Assembly: GCF_006345805.1 (NCBI RefSeq)
Contig: NC_042998.1
Location: 149,854,001 to 149,918,000, forward strand
From: Octopus sinensis
Taxonomy: Eukaryota
Reading direction: 5' to 3'
DNA length: 64,000 nucleotides
Position 1 is the first letter of the stretch; every line of letters starts with the position of its first letter. Shown here piece after piece: positions 25,978 to 37,194 of the stretch. The translations under genes and the position numbers were made by a program. A model generated the notes under the pieces. That model ran no database searches, was not told the origin of the DNA, and worked only from the letters and a program-made list of their open reading frames with translations.

Positions 25978-26140
25978 AGCGCAGGCGTGGCTGTGTGGTA
26001 AAAAGTTTGATTCTCCCACATGGTTCCGAGTTCAATCCCACTAAGTGACACCCTGGGCAACTGTCTTCTACTATGGCTTCGGGACGACCAAATCTTTGTG
26101 AGTAGACTTGGTAGACAGAAACTGAAAGAAGCCCATCATA
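25978..26140 (+). mobile_element. 5' part of SINE family A
   Basis: gcgcaggcgtggctgtgtggtaa...ccctgggcaactgtcttctactat...actgaaagaagccc. Confidence 0.75.
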
Positions 26141-26206
26141 TATATACTTCACTCTCTATTTCATATCGTATCTAAAATAACTATTGCTTAACCATTTTCT
26201 CACACT

Positions 26207-26254
26207 GTCTCCGAAAAAGGGATATATAAAATATCCCGGAAACAGCTGTAAGAC
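26207..26254 (+). ncRNA. Hammerhead fold with intact stems but mutated core
   Basis: gtct-CCGAAAA-a gggatat ataaa atatccc g-GAA-acagctgt-a-agac; stems I and II perfect, palindromic stem III, core deviates from CTGANGA. Confidence 0.6.
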
Positions 26255-26319
26255 CTTCTATTTATATATGTTCTGAAATCTTTCACAGCCTTGGATTTTT
26301 ATCACATTCTGAAAAAAAA

Positions 26320-26350
<31 letters not shown>

Positions 26351-26369
26351 TTATATATGTGTGTGGAGC

Positions 26370-26645
26370 TGCCCAGTGGTTAGGGCAGCGGACTCGCGGT
26401 CTTAGGATCGCGGTTTCGATTCCCAGACCGGGCGTTGTGAGTGTTTATTGAGCGTAAACACCTACAGGCTCCACGAGGCTCCACGAGGTGGTGATATCTG
26501 CTGTACTCTTTCACCACTCTTTCTCCCACTCTTCCTTCTGTTGGCCTGCTCGCTGAGCCAGCGGGGTGGCGTCATTCGAAGGCTAAAATGCGAACGCATT
26601 GTGACCAGCGATGTGTAACAACATCTGATGGTCTGATCACGTGAT
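26370..26645 (+). mobile_element. tRNA-derived SINE family C, tail type 1
   Basis: gcccagtggttagggcagcggactcgcggtc..ggtttcgattccc head shared with 62222-62600. Confidence 0.85.
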
Positions 26646-26648
26646 ATA

Positions 26649-26691
<43 letters not shown>

Positions 26692-27254
26692 ATATGTATT
26701 TATGTATGTATACGTACATCTGAGTGTGTGGCAGAAAACAACCGTTTGAAATCGGAGTTGATTTGTTCGGCTTAACTCCATTCAAAGAGGTGACCCAGTA
26801 TGACTGCAGTCTAATGACTGATACAAGCAGAGGATAGAAAACATATACTTTCATATGTACGTACATACATATGTGTGTATACGTGTGTGTGTACGTGCTT
26901 GTATGTGTGCCTCTGTGTGTGTGTGTGTGTGTGTATGTATGTGTGTGTGTGTGTGTATGTATGTGTGTGTGTGTGTAATGGTAAGATCCCAAGATCAAGA
27001 TGTAGGAAGATTGTAAGATTCGAGCAGTCAGTAGGAGATATAAAAAAAACTTTCACGTGCAATAGTGGTTTATTGACATAGAAAGTTAATTTCTCCCGTA
27101 TAGAAGTTCAATAACGTGAAAAAATTGTTTTATAATTTAAGGTTAGCAGCAGTGGTTGCTGTGTATGCGAACAGAAATCCAAAATTAGGGACTGGAGGAG
27201 ATAATATCCACTTTACATATGCTTCTTACCTAGAAGATCCTTGGAAGTAGTAAC

Positions 27255-27426
27255 TATCCAAACGAGGGGTAATCCGCTAGCTACTAGTCAGGCCAAAGAA
27301 GCTTTAATCAAATGAAGTTGACATTGTCGTTATAGGATCCCATGTTCACTCGTAGAAGGTACCATTGAAAACGACAATGTAATCTTCTTTTGATTAAGTA
27401 GCTAGTAAATTACCCCTCATTTGGAT
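27255..27426. repeat. ~170-bp imperfect fold-back (inverted repeat)
   Basis: tatccaaacgaggggtaat..ctagctact...ttaatcaaatgaag..acattgtcgtt versus aacgacaatgtaatcttcttttgattaagtagctagtaaattacccctcatttggata; the same terminus recurs at 14258-14279. Confidence 0.8.
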
Positions 27427-28404
27427 ATATATATATAATTAGAAATATTGCATTTCTAAATCTCTCGATAAAGTGATGGCTTGTAGCGAACTTAATGTGT
27501 CAGCCCCAGGAAAGGGAAGAATGCTACTGCAATTTAGCCGCAAGAAACACCGTTTCTAGTTGGCTATGTGACATAAGCGTTCTGTGTCCTTAAGTTTTCG
27601 AACAGGGGAGATAAGCACCTCCACCCAACAAAGCCAAAATCCAGAGACTAGTTTCACCCATTTAGAAAGGAGGGTGAAGTTACCAGAAACGTAAATAAAT
27701 TATCTAATCACCCCCACTAATATACTAAAATCAATAGTGAAAAATATTTCTCAGAGAATTTCAAAATTATCATCGAATATTGAAATTTTTTACTCTCACT
27801 CGAATCATTATAATGTTGCATTATCCAAGGCTGGATACGACCAGGAAATCATCTTCCTAGATCTTGATAACATAAATCTCTTAAACGATTAAATAAATGA
27901 AAATAGCTCAAGTAATATCGAATCTCACACTCTAAATAAACATAAATCAATAGAAGAAAAGAACCTAGTATATAAACTCAATAATATGAATGAAAATAGT
28001 AAACAGATCATAAATGAATATGAAAATGTTAAACTAGATAAAATAAATGTAAATAATAATATAAAAATCTCTCCCACAAAGAAAAAAACCTAATAAACAT
28101 AAATATAAGACTAAAATGAATAATGAATCTCGTAAGAATATAGATAACACTAATCTTTCCCACTTTTACTCAAATAAAAATAACAAAAGAAAAAATGGTA
28201 TTTGGTTAAATATCCCCTTCAACTGTACGAACTATACGAATATATACAGTAGATTTAGAAAAAAACTTCCCAGCTTCCCATAAATATAAAATAATTTCTA
28301 AGAAATCAGTAAGAATATCATATTCTCCTCTTCCAAATATGGCTACCATAATAGCTAGACTTAATAGTAAAAATATAAAGTTAGCTAGAGATAGTATAAA
28401 TAGT

Positions 28405-28435
<31 letters not shown>

Positions 28436-28459
28436 GCAACAATAATAATAATAATAATA

Positions 28460-28500
<41 letters not shown>

Positions 28501-28503
28501 TTG

Positions 28504-28545
<42 letters not shown>

Positions 28546-28552
28546 TAATAAT

Positions 28553-28583
<31 letters not shown>

Positions 28584-28767
28584 CATTAATATAAATAGTG
28601 ATAATAACAACATCAATAATATAGGTAGTAAAGATAAAAATGTAGTAGGTGAGGATAGTGAGAATATATTAATAACTAGTAACCCCTGTTTACATAACAA
28701 TATAACTACTATTAGAGGAAATAACACTAATACTAATAACAACTCGAGTAACGGAAATGAAAACGAA

Positions 28768-29196
28768 TTGTCCATAAATAATACTAGTACCAGGAATTAT
28801 CTCCCCAGTTGTAATTGTAGGATTAGATCGAAATGTCCGGTATCTGGCCGCTGCTTGGTCCAAAATGTAATTTATAAATGTACAGTAGTAACTTCAAATA
28901 ACAACTATCTTTATTTCGGTTGTTCGGTAGATCTAAAAAAACGTTTAAACAATCATTTTTCTTCCTTTAGGCTCAAACACAAAGCAGGTTGCATAACATT
29001 GTCTAGTAAAATTTGGGAACTGAAAACGAATAATATAGAATTTAACCTGAAATGGGATAGAGTAAGAAAAGCACGGCCATATAAAAATAGTGTAGATGGT
29101 TCTGAACTTTGTTCTATGGAAACATATCAAATTTTAAAACATAAGAATAATACAAATCTGTTATATAACCGTTCTGAACTAGGAGCATACGTTTAA
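28768..29196 (+). pseudogene. GIY-YIG endonuclease domain of the PLE
   Basis: CNCRIRSKCPVSGRC..NVIYKC..YFG..KKRLNNHFSSF..TLSSKIWELK..LKW..ELCSME. Confidence 0.85.
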
Positions 29197-30265
29197 ATAT
29201 TTTAAATAATAATATTGTGACCATTCCTAAATTTTTCAAATTCTAATTCTTTATAACTAAATAAGAATGAATATATCATACTAGCTTTTAATTCAATATG
29301 CATAGATTACTAAAAAACTTCATTGCATATTTAGAATTAAATTCTCTCTCTTTTTTTTTGTTAATCGCCTATATTAAATAGTATAAAATTCTATGTCCCT
29401 AAAGAAACTACTCAGTTCATCTTGATTACATCACTTCCATTTCTTAATATATCATTAACCCAGGATATATTTACCTAACTAATTAGCTTTTCTCCGCGGG
29501 TAGTAAATATTATGTCTTACAGATTCTATAATTTAATTCATTAATAACAATTCGTTATCTACTAAATCTGAGTAATTTACTCTTCTTGATTACTTCTCTT
29601 TATAAAAATAAATCACCTTCCACTAAACCTAAGAAAATTATTCATCTTGATTACTCATTTTTTCTATTATATATATTTGACCCTTAATATATTCACTTTA
29701 TTAATAAGACTTTTGTCCTCAGTTATTGAGTATTATGCCTACTCATAATAAATGATAGATTTTTCTCCAATATGAATAAATATTAGATTTATAATTTCTC
29801 CTTTAATCCAAAGTATCAAAATATTCAACACCTACCAGCTAAATATAAAGCTGATGTATAAAGGGATCTCTGTATTCTCTATAACTTTTTGGTATATAGG
29901 TGGTCACTGTGACCATCTGACATTAACCTAGTTTTCTTAATACAACATCTGTTTGCCAAATAGTAGTAAACAGCTTCTAGGGCATTATAACTCCCTCTCT
30001 ACCTTAATTTCTTTATGAAGAACTTCTGAAATTTATTTCACCCCTATTTCTATAAATAGAAAATCTCTTTTGTCTCCTTTCAACTGATTATACTTCACAG
30101 CCTTCTAGCAGTTCAAAATAACTTAATAGATATTCTTCAGTCAGAAGATAAACTCTACTACCGTAATGTTCTTAAAATTCAAATCGACATCTTTGTCTAT
30201 ATACCTACCTTCTCTATAATGTTATCAATTAATTTGAAAATTATGTATTAATGGAAAACCTCTAT

Positions 30266-30352
30266 AAATGGCTGATGATTGCTCAACATTTTAAAGCTGT
30301 TGTAATACTTACAATATTTAATAAAATGATGCAGCGTGAAACGATCGTAGCA
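30266..30352 (+). ncRNA. Hammerhead motif with long stem II in the PLE 3' region
   Basis: CTGATGA (30272-30278), then ttgct..catttta...taaaatg..agcgt, then GAA-acgatcgt-a; palindromic stem III, stem I decayed. Confidence 0.6.
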
Positions 30353-30675
30353 AATTACCGAAGTTATTCTTGTAGCTTATTTTAATTATAATCACCCCAT
30401 GGATTTATATGGATAAGACCATACAAATTTCTGGTGCATCTGACTTAAGTACGATATTCACTTGAATCTAAATTTTGTTGAACTTATATATGTATGTATG
30501 TATATACGAACGTATGTAAAGTAAGTCTCACACTATAAACACACATCGAAAAACACATCGAAACACACACGCACACAAATGAAATATTTACAGAATTAGC
30601 ACAGATTTATTTAGGTTGGTCTATATTACCTAACAGACGAACAATACTGATATTGTTTTACAAACACAACCCACA

Positions 30676-30721
<46 letters not shown>

Positions 30722-31327
30722 CACGCATATAATTAAATCTTTATATGTATATATGCATGTGTGGGTAAGTGAGTGTGCTTGTAGAATGCTTGTACGAACT
30801 AGAAAACAAAGCACTCAAGGAGGGATCCGACGTTTCCAATAATAAAGATAACGCGTTACAAATGGTTGTCTAAGAGCTCATCAAGCGAATGCAGCTTAGA
30901 ATTCCAACCACTTATGCTGAAGTACATCCTTGTCTATCTTAAAACAAATCGTTTATCCTCGATACTCTCCCCACTCCTTTTTAATATGATGTCTGATTTG
31001 TCCATTTGTAAACTTTTGAAAATCCAATGTCTTGAAAGAATTCTTTCTGTTTTTAACTCTAATTTCTACCAGTTAAACTAAATACTCATTCGCTAGATAA
31101 GACCCTGCTGAGCGAAAGTCATGATTTTCTGTAAAGAAGTCATATTAATCTCAGTACAATTAAGGTAAACATGCACGCTTTGCAACGCACACACACACAT
31201 ATTCTATATATACTTGCACTTATTTAGATATTCATATACGTATATATGGAATAATGTATCATGTATATGTATATGTATATGTATGTGTGTGTGCGCGCGC
31301 GTGTGTGTATGTATCTGTATATATATC

Positions 31328-31361
<34 letters not shown>

Positions 31362-31364
31362 ATA

Positions 31365-31743
31365 TTAATAAATAAATTAAACATATGCATTTATATAAAC
31401 ATATATGTACGTACCTACCTCTACATGTACATATACACGCATATATGAGTACAGGACACCAAAAGGACGTCGAACACAATGAGAAACGAAAACATAGACA
31501 CAAACCAAAGGAACTGGACATTTTTTAAAAACATCAAAAAAATAGAGTACAGGACAATTAACACAAAAAAACCCTTCTTCAGTCGCTATGGTTTCATCTA
31601 CTCTACGTTTCGAAGGATAAAAGCGAGACGTATCTTCGACAAGAAACTTTCTTCCTGCGAAAAGCAATCAATTAAAATATATATATATCTGTATATATAT
31701 ATATGTATATATATATCTGTAAATATATATATATATAATATAT

Positions 31744-31827
<84 letters not shown>

Positions 31828-32137
31828 TAAATAAATTAAACATATGCATTTATATAAACATATGTACGTACCTACCTCTACATGTACATATACACGCATA
31901 TATGAGTACAGGACACCAAAAGGACGTCGAACACAATGAGAAACGAAAACATAGACACAAACCAAAGGAACTGGACATTTTTTAAAAACATCAAAAAAAT
32001 AGAGTACAGGACAATTAACACAAAAAAACCCTTCTTCAGTCGCTATGGTTTCATCTACTCTACGTTTCGAAGGATAAAAGCGAGACGTATCTTCGACAAG
32101 AAACTTCCTTCCTGCGAAAAGCAATCAATTAAAATAT
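31365..32137 (-). repeat. Tandem dimer (457-bp period) of the P1 non-coding PLE-like unit separated by (TA)n
   Basis: Near-identical units; the spurious ORFs at 31479 and 31936 are offset by 457 bp. Confidence 0.9.
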
Positions 32138-32208
32138 ATATATATCTGTATATATATATATGTATATATATATATATGTATATATATATCTGTAAATATA
32201 TATCTGTA

Positions 32209-32273
<65 letters not shown>

Positions 32274-32276
<3 letters not shown>

Positions 32277-32560
32277 ATATATATATATAATATATATATA
32301 TAAACCTGAGAATGTGTGTCTGTCTGTCTGTGTGTTTCCCTAAAACTTGAGAACTACACAACCAATTTCATTCAAATTTTACACATGCCTTACTTAGTGT
32401 CCATGGAGTGTCGTGGGCAAAAACATGTTCAACTTCTTGCTTAGGGCGAGCCCATAGCAATATCATTTCTTCTCCAATATTTCAGTATTACGTGTAAAAA
32501 GTGAAACAAAAACATCTCTCTATTTTATGTCAGATACTTTCAATTTAACACTAAAAATTA
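32274..32560 (+). mobile_element. Helitron-like 5' end, copy 1
   Basis: TC(TA)n-aaacctgagaatgtgtgtctgtctgtctgt...aaccaatttcattcaaattttacac; repeated at 35322. Confidence 0.6.
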
Positions 32561-32849
32561 GAGATAATAATAACAATTGAATTCTATGTAGTAAATAATA
32601 ATTAAATTCAAACTAAAGTATAATATAATAATTAAATCGTAACACAACAATTAAAAGTAAAAATAGCAATTGGTATAAAATTGCATCAATGACTTGAACT
32701 TGAATAAGTGGTTTCACATGAATGAGAATAAATTAATAATAAAATTAAAGTGCAGAAATGAAATAGTCCAGATGGAGCTATGCACATACCCTTTATCATG
32801 GCTTTTACATTAGAGTATCTGCTAATTAGCTAGCATTAAGTATCTATAG

Positions 32850-34489
32850 GAAGTTTGGCTGTAGTCGTTTTTTGGAACCTGTGTGTAATTGCTTTGCCTG
32901 TTATTCTTTATTAAATTTTGTCTATCTGTATTGAGACAGACATGGAAAAAACAGTTTGCCCCTCCCTAAGGGAGGAAATGGCAAGGAAAAATGCTTTTAC
33001 AAGCCTCAGTGAGTCGGACCTGTCGACCTCTGAGGAGGAACTGGAAAAGACAGTGAGGAAATTGGACAGAGCACTCGGAGAAAAAACAACATACGCACGA
33101 GTGACGATGTCAACAGAAAAAAAGATAGACCTGGCTAAGTTGCCAGGTTATCAAGAATTTGTTACGAAGGTCGGCGGTGAAGTTGAATTGTCGCCGCCAA
33201 GGAAAAGAAGAGACTGGTATGAGAAGAGGACCATTACGTATAGAGTATTCGCCAACGAAAAAAGGAGAATAGATTTGGTCGGCATGGAAATGGTAGAGGA
33301 AGCACTGAGAATGACAGAAGAGGAGGTAGGGTTTCTCGCAAGAGGCGTTGGGTTCGGCACCGTGGTTGTACAATTTAAAACCGAAAAAGTGGCAAGGAGA
33401 ATGGCGGCGAAAACAATAAAGTCGGAGAAGGTATTCATTCTACACTCGTATCTGGGAAGGAGGACGACCCGGATCAGGGTGGAGGGAATACCACCAGACA
33501 TAAACAGAGAGTGGATTGTAGCAGCCATCATCAGTGCTAATGAAGATAAGGTGGACATTCTTCATGCCATGGTGAAGGACGAGGGAGGATGGAGAAGAGC
33601 AGTACTGGAGATGAATGTCCAGGTGGAATCGGAGGTGTTGGAACAACTGGCCGAGAATATAGCAATGGGAAACATCATTATGAGAGTATGGGTGGAGGGT
33701 AGAGCTCCTCGTTGTTACAAATGCGGCTTGAAGTGCCACATAAGAGCTAACTGTCCTTCCCCCAAAAAAGAACAAAGACAAGAACCAGTAAGATAGGTAG
33801 AAGAGCCCCAGGAGGAGCAGAATACAGCGGAAGAGAAGCAAGTGGATGAGGAGGAATTACCAGCAGAATGGGAATCCATGGGAAGAAGGAGAAGAGAAGG
33901 AGAAAAAAGGCAAACTGTTCTGAACCCCAACCCATCACCATCCGCACCCTTTATGGCCCACCCTTCCCCTGCAGACACGGAACCCTTTCGCTCCCCACCA
34001 ACAAGAAAACAAAAAAACGATAACACAGACACACAGGATAACTTTAAAAATTCTCGACCCCATATATTAAGTGTAATAAACAAGGAAGAAATACGTGAAA
34101 TATTGAGGGACTGGGGAAAGGTGGAATTGCAAGACAGCTGGGATATGGCGGGGTTGATGTATGTAGTAATATCAGAGGACCAAGAAAAAGAACTCAAGGA
34201 AACACTTTAAAAATTTATAAATTGATTAGGAAAACAATTGAACCGGATAAGAGATATGAACTCGAAGAAATATATGAGATAAAACTGGAGGACTACATGT
34301 TTTTTATACCGATATAGGGAAGAAGGACAGATAAGTGATGTTATCAGATGGGGCCGTTAACATCGCTTTCATTTCTCATTTTCACAATTTTTCATCTTTC
34401 ATAAGTTTCTGTATTTTTCTGATGTTTTGTTACTCAATGTTTGTAATTTCCCCCTCTATGTAAGCACTTTATGGGTAATAAAAAATAAG
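32850..34489 (+). mobile_element. ORF1-only non-LTR retroelement (HAL1-like, L1/Tx1 group)
   Basis: Short 5' UTR, gag-like ORF1, no endonuclease or RT; 3' tail ttgtaatttcccc...AATAAA similar to the LINE tail at 59480-59522. Confidence 0.65.
32942..34210 (+). pseudogene. Gag-like ORF1 with CCHC zinc knuckle, one in-frame TAG (33794-33796)
   Basis: RIRVEGIPP and VWVEGRAPRCYKCGLKCHIRANC (CX2CX4HX4C); ORFs 32918..33796 and 33842..34210 share a frame. Confidence 0.8.
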
Positions 34490-35321
34490 TAATGTCTGTT
34501 TTCTCGAACATACGCTTCTACTGAGTACTGCTTTTGGTTTATTTCTTATACATAAAGGACTATAGCTTCTACTGAGTACTGCTTTTTGATTCACCGTAAG
34601 GTTTGTTGTTATTATTATTACTGTTTAACTATGGTTATCACGTTTGTTGGTTCCTCGTAATGGAAGCGTGGTTGTGATGCATTTGTTAAATAATTGTAAA
34701 CCGTAACCCTCCCCCTTTGGGAGAAGGAGCTTTGGTTATTGTTTAAAAATTGAATTGTGTCCCTGTTTGAGGAAATTGACAATATTTTCACCGTTTATAC
34801 GGAAGCATTTTTGTTAAAATGTCTTCGATAGAAGAAAGACCAAAAATGAATTTCGCTGCAGCCGTCGGCGGGCGCGAACTCATTAAAATTAAAATGGAAG
34901 AAATACAAACCTATTTCGGAATGATCACCGACAAAGACGGTGAATCTAGGATAACACCACTTTCAAACCTGCCTTACATTCGAACAGGAATCTCAAAAAC
35001 ATTGTCCCCTTACATCTCATTCTCATTTCATTCCCAACACAGGGAAATAAAACTTACTTCTCACTACGGGACAATGGTAGATGGTAACAGATATTTACCA
35101 CATGCTACCTTATTAAGTGAAGTATATTGTCATCCACTTCACCTCTTACCTTCATAGCGTACGGACAATTTAAACGACCCCACACCACTATACCACCACT
35201 GATACCTTCATCCTTCAAGCTGTCTGCTTTCTTATAAATTCGACAGAATTCATTTTCAGCCAAATAATATTCGCAACACGATTCATAATCACTCTGTCCT
35301 TTCCTATTACTATTTTTCTCG

Positions 35322-35737
35322 TCTATATATATAAAAGTGAGAATGTGTGTCTGTCTGTCTGTCAGTGTGAATCCCTAAAACTTGAGAACTACACAACCAA
35401 CTTCATTCAAATTTTACACATGCCTTACTTAGGGTCCATGGAGTGTCATGGGTAAAAAAATTTTTAACTTCTTAATATCATATCTTCTCCACTATGAATC
35501 CATAAAACTTGAGAACCACACAACCAATTTCATTCAAAGTTTAGACATGCCTTACTAAGGGTCCATGTAGCGTCATACGCAAAACAATGATTAACTTCTT
35601 GACTAGGGCGAGCCCACAGCAATATCATATCTTCTCCACTATTTCAGTCTTACGTGTTAAAAGTGAAACAAAAGTTGTGGTGCACCTGAGCACTGTATAC
35701 AATAATTTCATTATTATTTTAAAAACATCTCTCTATT
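35322..35737 (+). mobile_element. Helitron-like 5' end, copy 2, with internal duplication
   Basis: TCtatatatataaaagtgagaatgtgtgtctgtctgtc; the aaaacttgagaac.acacaacca block occurs twice. Confidence 0.6.
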
Positions 35738-35792
35738 GTATGTATATGGATGTAGATATATATATGTATATATATGGATGTATATATATATG

Positions 35793-35837
<45 letters not shown>

Positions 35838-35960
35838 ATATATATAGCTGTATATGTACACATATATATGTATAGCTGTATATGTATAGATGTATTTCTA
35901 TAGATATACATGTATGTGTATACATGTATGTCTAGATGTATATATATATATATATATATA

Positions 35961-36469
35961 TAGATGTACAGGTAATATATACACTAATATGTACACTTAT
36001 ATATACACACATATATATGCATACATATATACACCCATACACACACATAGACCAACACACACACACATATAGGTGCAGGCGTTGCTGTGTGGTAACAAAC
36101 ATGGTTCCAAAACACATGGTCCTCAGTTCAGTCCCACTGTGTGGTAACTTGGCATGTGTCTTCTGCTATAGACTCAGACCAACCAAAGCCTTGTCAGTGG
36201 ATTTTGTAGATAGAAACTAAAAGAAATCAATTGTATGTATATGTATGTATATATGTAAGTCTATGTGTGTGTGTTTGTGTTTCTCCCTCATCATGCTTCA
36301 CAACTGGTATTCGTTTATTTACATCCCCATAACTTACTGGTCTCACAAGAAGAAACTGATAGAATAAGTACCAGGCTTATCAAAAGATAAAAAAAGCACT
36401 ACGCAGTGTCTCATATTTTTCTTTGCCCTATCAGTTGTATCTATCAATTTATCTTTGTGTGTGTGTATG

Positions 36470-36519
<50 letters not shown>

Positions 36520-37060
36520 TATGCATATATATATATATTATATATATATATAGATGTACAGGTAATATATACACTAATATGTACACTTATATATACACAC
36601 ATATATATGCATACATATATACACCCATACACACACATAGACCAACACACACACACATATAGGTGCAGGCGTTGCTGTGTGGTAACAAACTTGGTTCCAA
36701 AACACATGGTCCTCAGTTCAGTCCCACTGTGTGGTAACTTGGCATGTGTCTTCTGCTATAGACTCAGACCAACCAAAGCCTTGTCAGTGGATTTTGTAGA
36801 TAGAAACTAAAAGAAATGAATTGTATGTATATGTATGTATATATGTAAGTCTATGTGTGTGTGTTTGTGTTTCTCCCTCATCAATGCTTCACAACTGGTA
36901 TTCGTTTATTTACATCCCCATAACTTACTGGCCTCACAAGAAGAAACTGATAGAATAAGTACCAGGCTTATCAAAAGATAAAAAAAGCACTACGCAGTGT
37001 CTCATATTTTTCTTTGCCCTATCAGTTGTATCTATCAATTTATCTTTGTGTGTGTGTATG

Positions 37061-37110
<50 letters not shown>

Positions 37111-37140
37111 TATGCATATATATATATATATATATATATA
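35961..37140 (+). repeat. 590-bp tandem duplication, each unit containing a diverged SINE family A copy
   Basis: tagatgtacaggtaat at 35961 and 36551, units near identical; diverged partial third copy at 38785-39055. Confidence 0.9.
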
Positions 37141-37194
37141 TAGATTTCGCAGACAGGACCTGAAACAAATCAATATATATGTATGTATATATGT

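Larger units (their letters stand above)
27690..30487 (+). mobile_element. 5'-truncated Penelope-like element with C-terminal CxC-type GIY-YIG endonuclease (Hydra-clade-like, tentative)
   Basis: RT thumb remnants VNKLSNHP..ISQRISKLSS..YNVALSKAGY and IWLNIPF..NFPASHKYKI..ISYSPLPNM; endonuclease ORF; AT-rich 3' UTR with a hammerhead motif; ends at (TA)n. Confidence 0.8.

Noticed and set aside
26370-26430. tRNA genes at SINE heads (also near 2400-2473, 53504 and 62530-62600)
   Set aside because: A/B-box-like motifs continue into SINE bodies and no complete cloverleaf with acceptor stem is evident
28206-28775. Hydrophobic 189-aa minus-strand ORF as a membrane protein
   Set aside because: It is the antisense of the (AAT)n tract inside the PLE
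32942-34210. Retroviral/LTR gag or domesticated Arc-like gene
   Set aside because: No LTRs, primer-binding site, protease or integrase; the motif layout fits a non-LTR ORF1, and the flanking direct repeats look like Helitron heads rather than TG...CA LTRs
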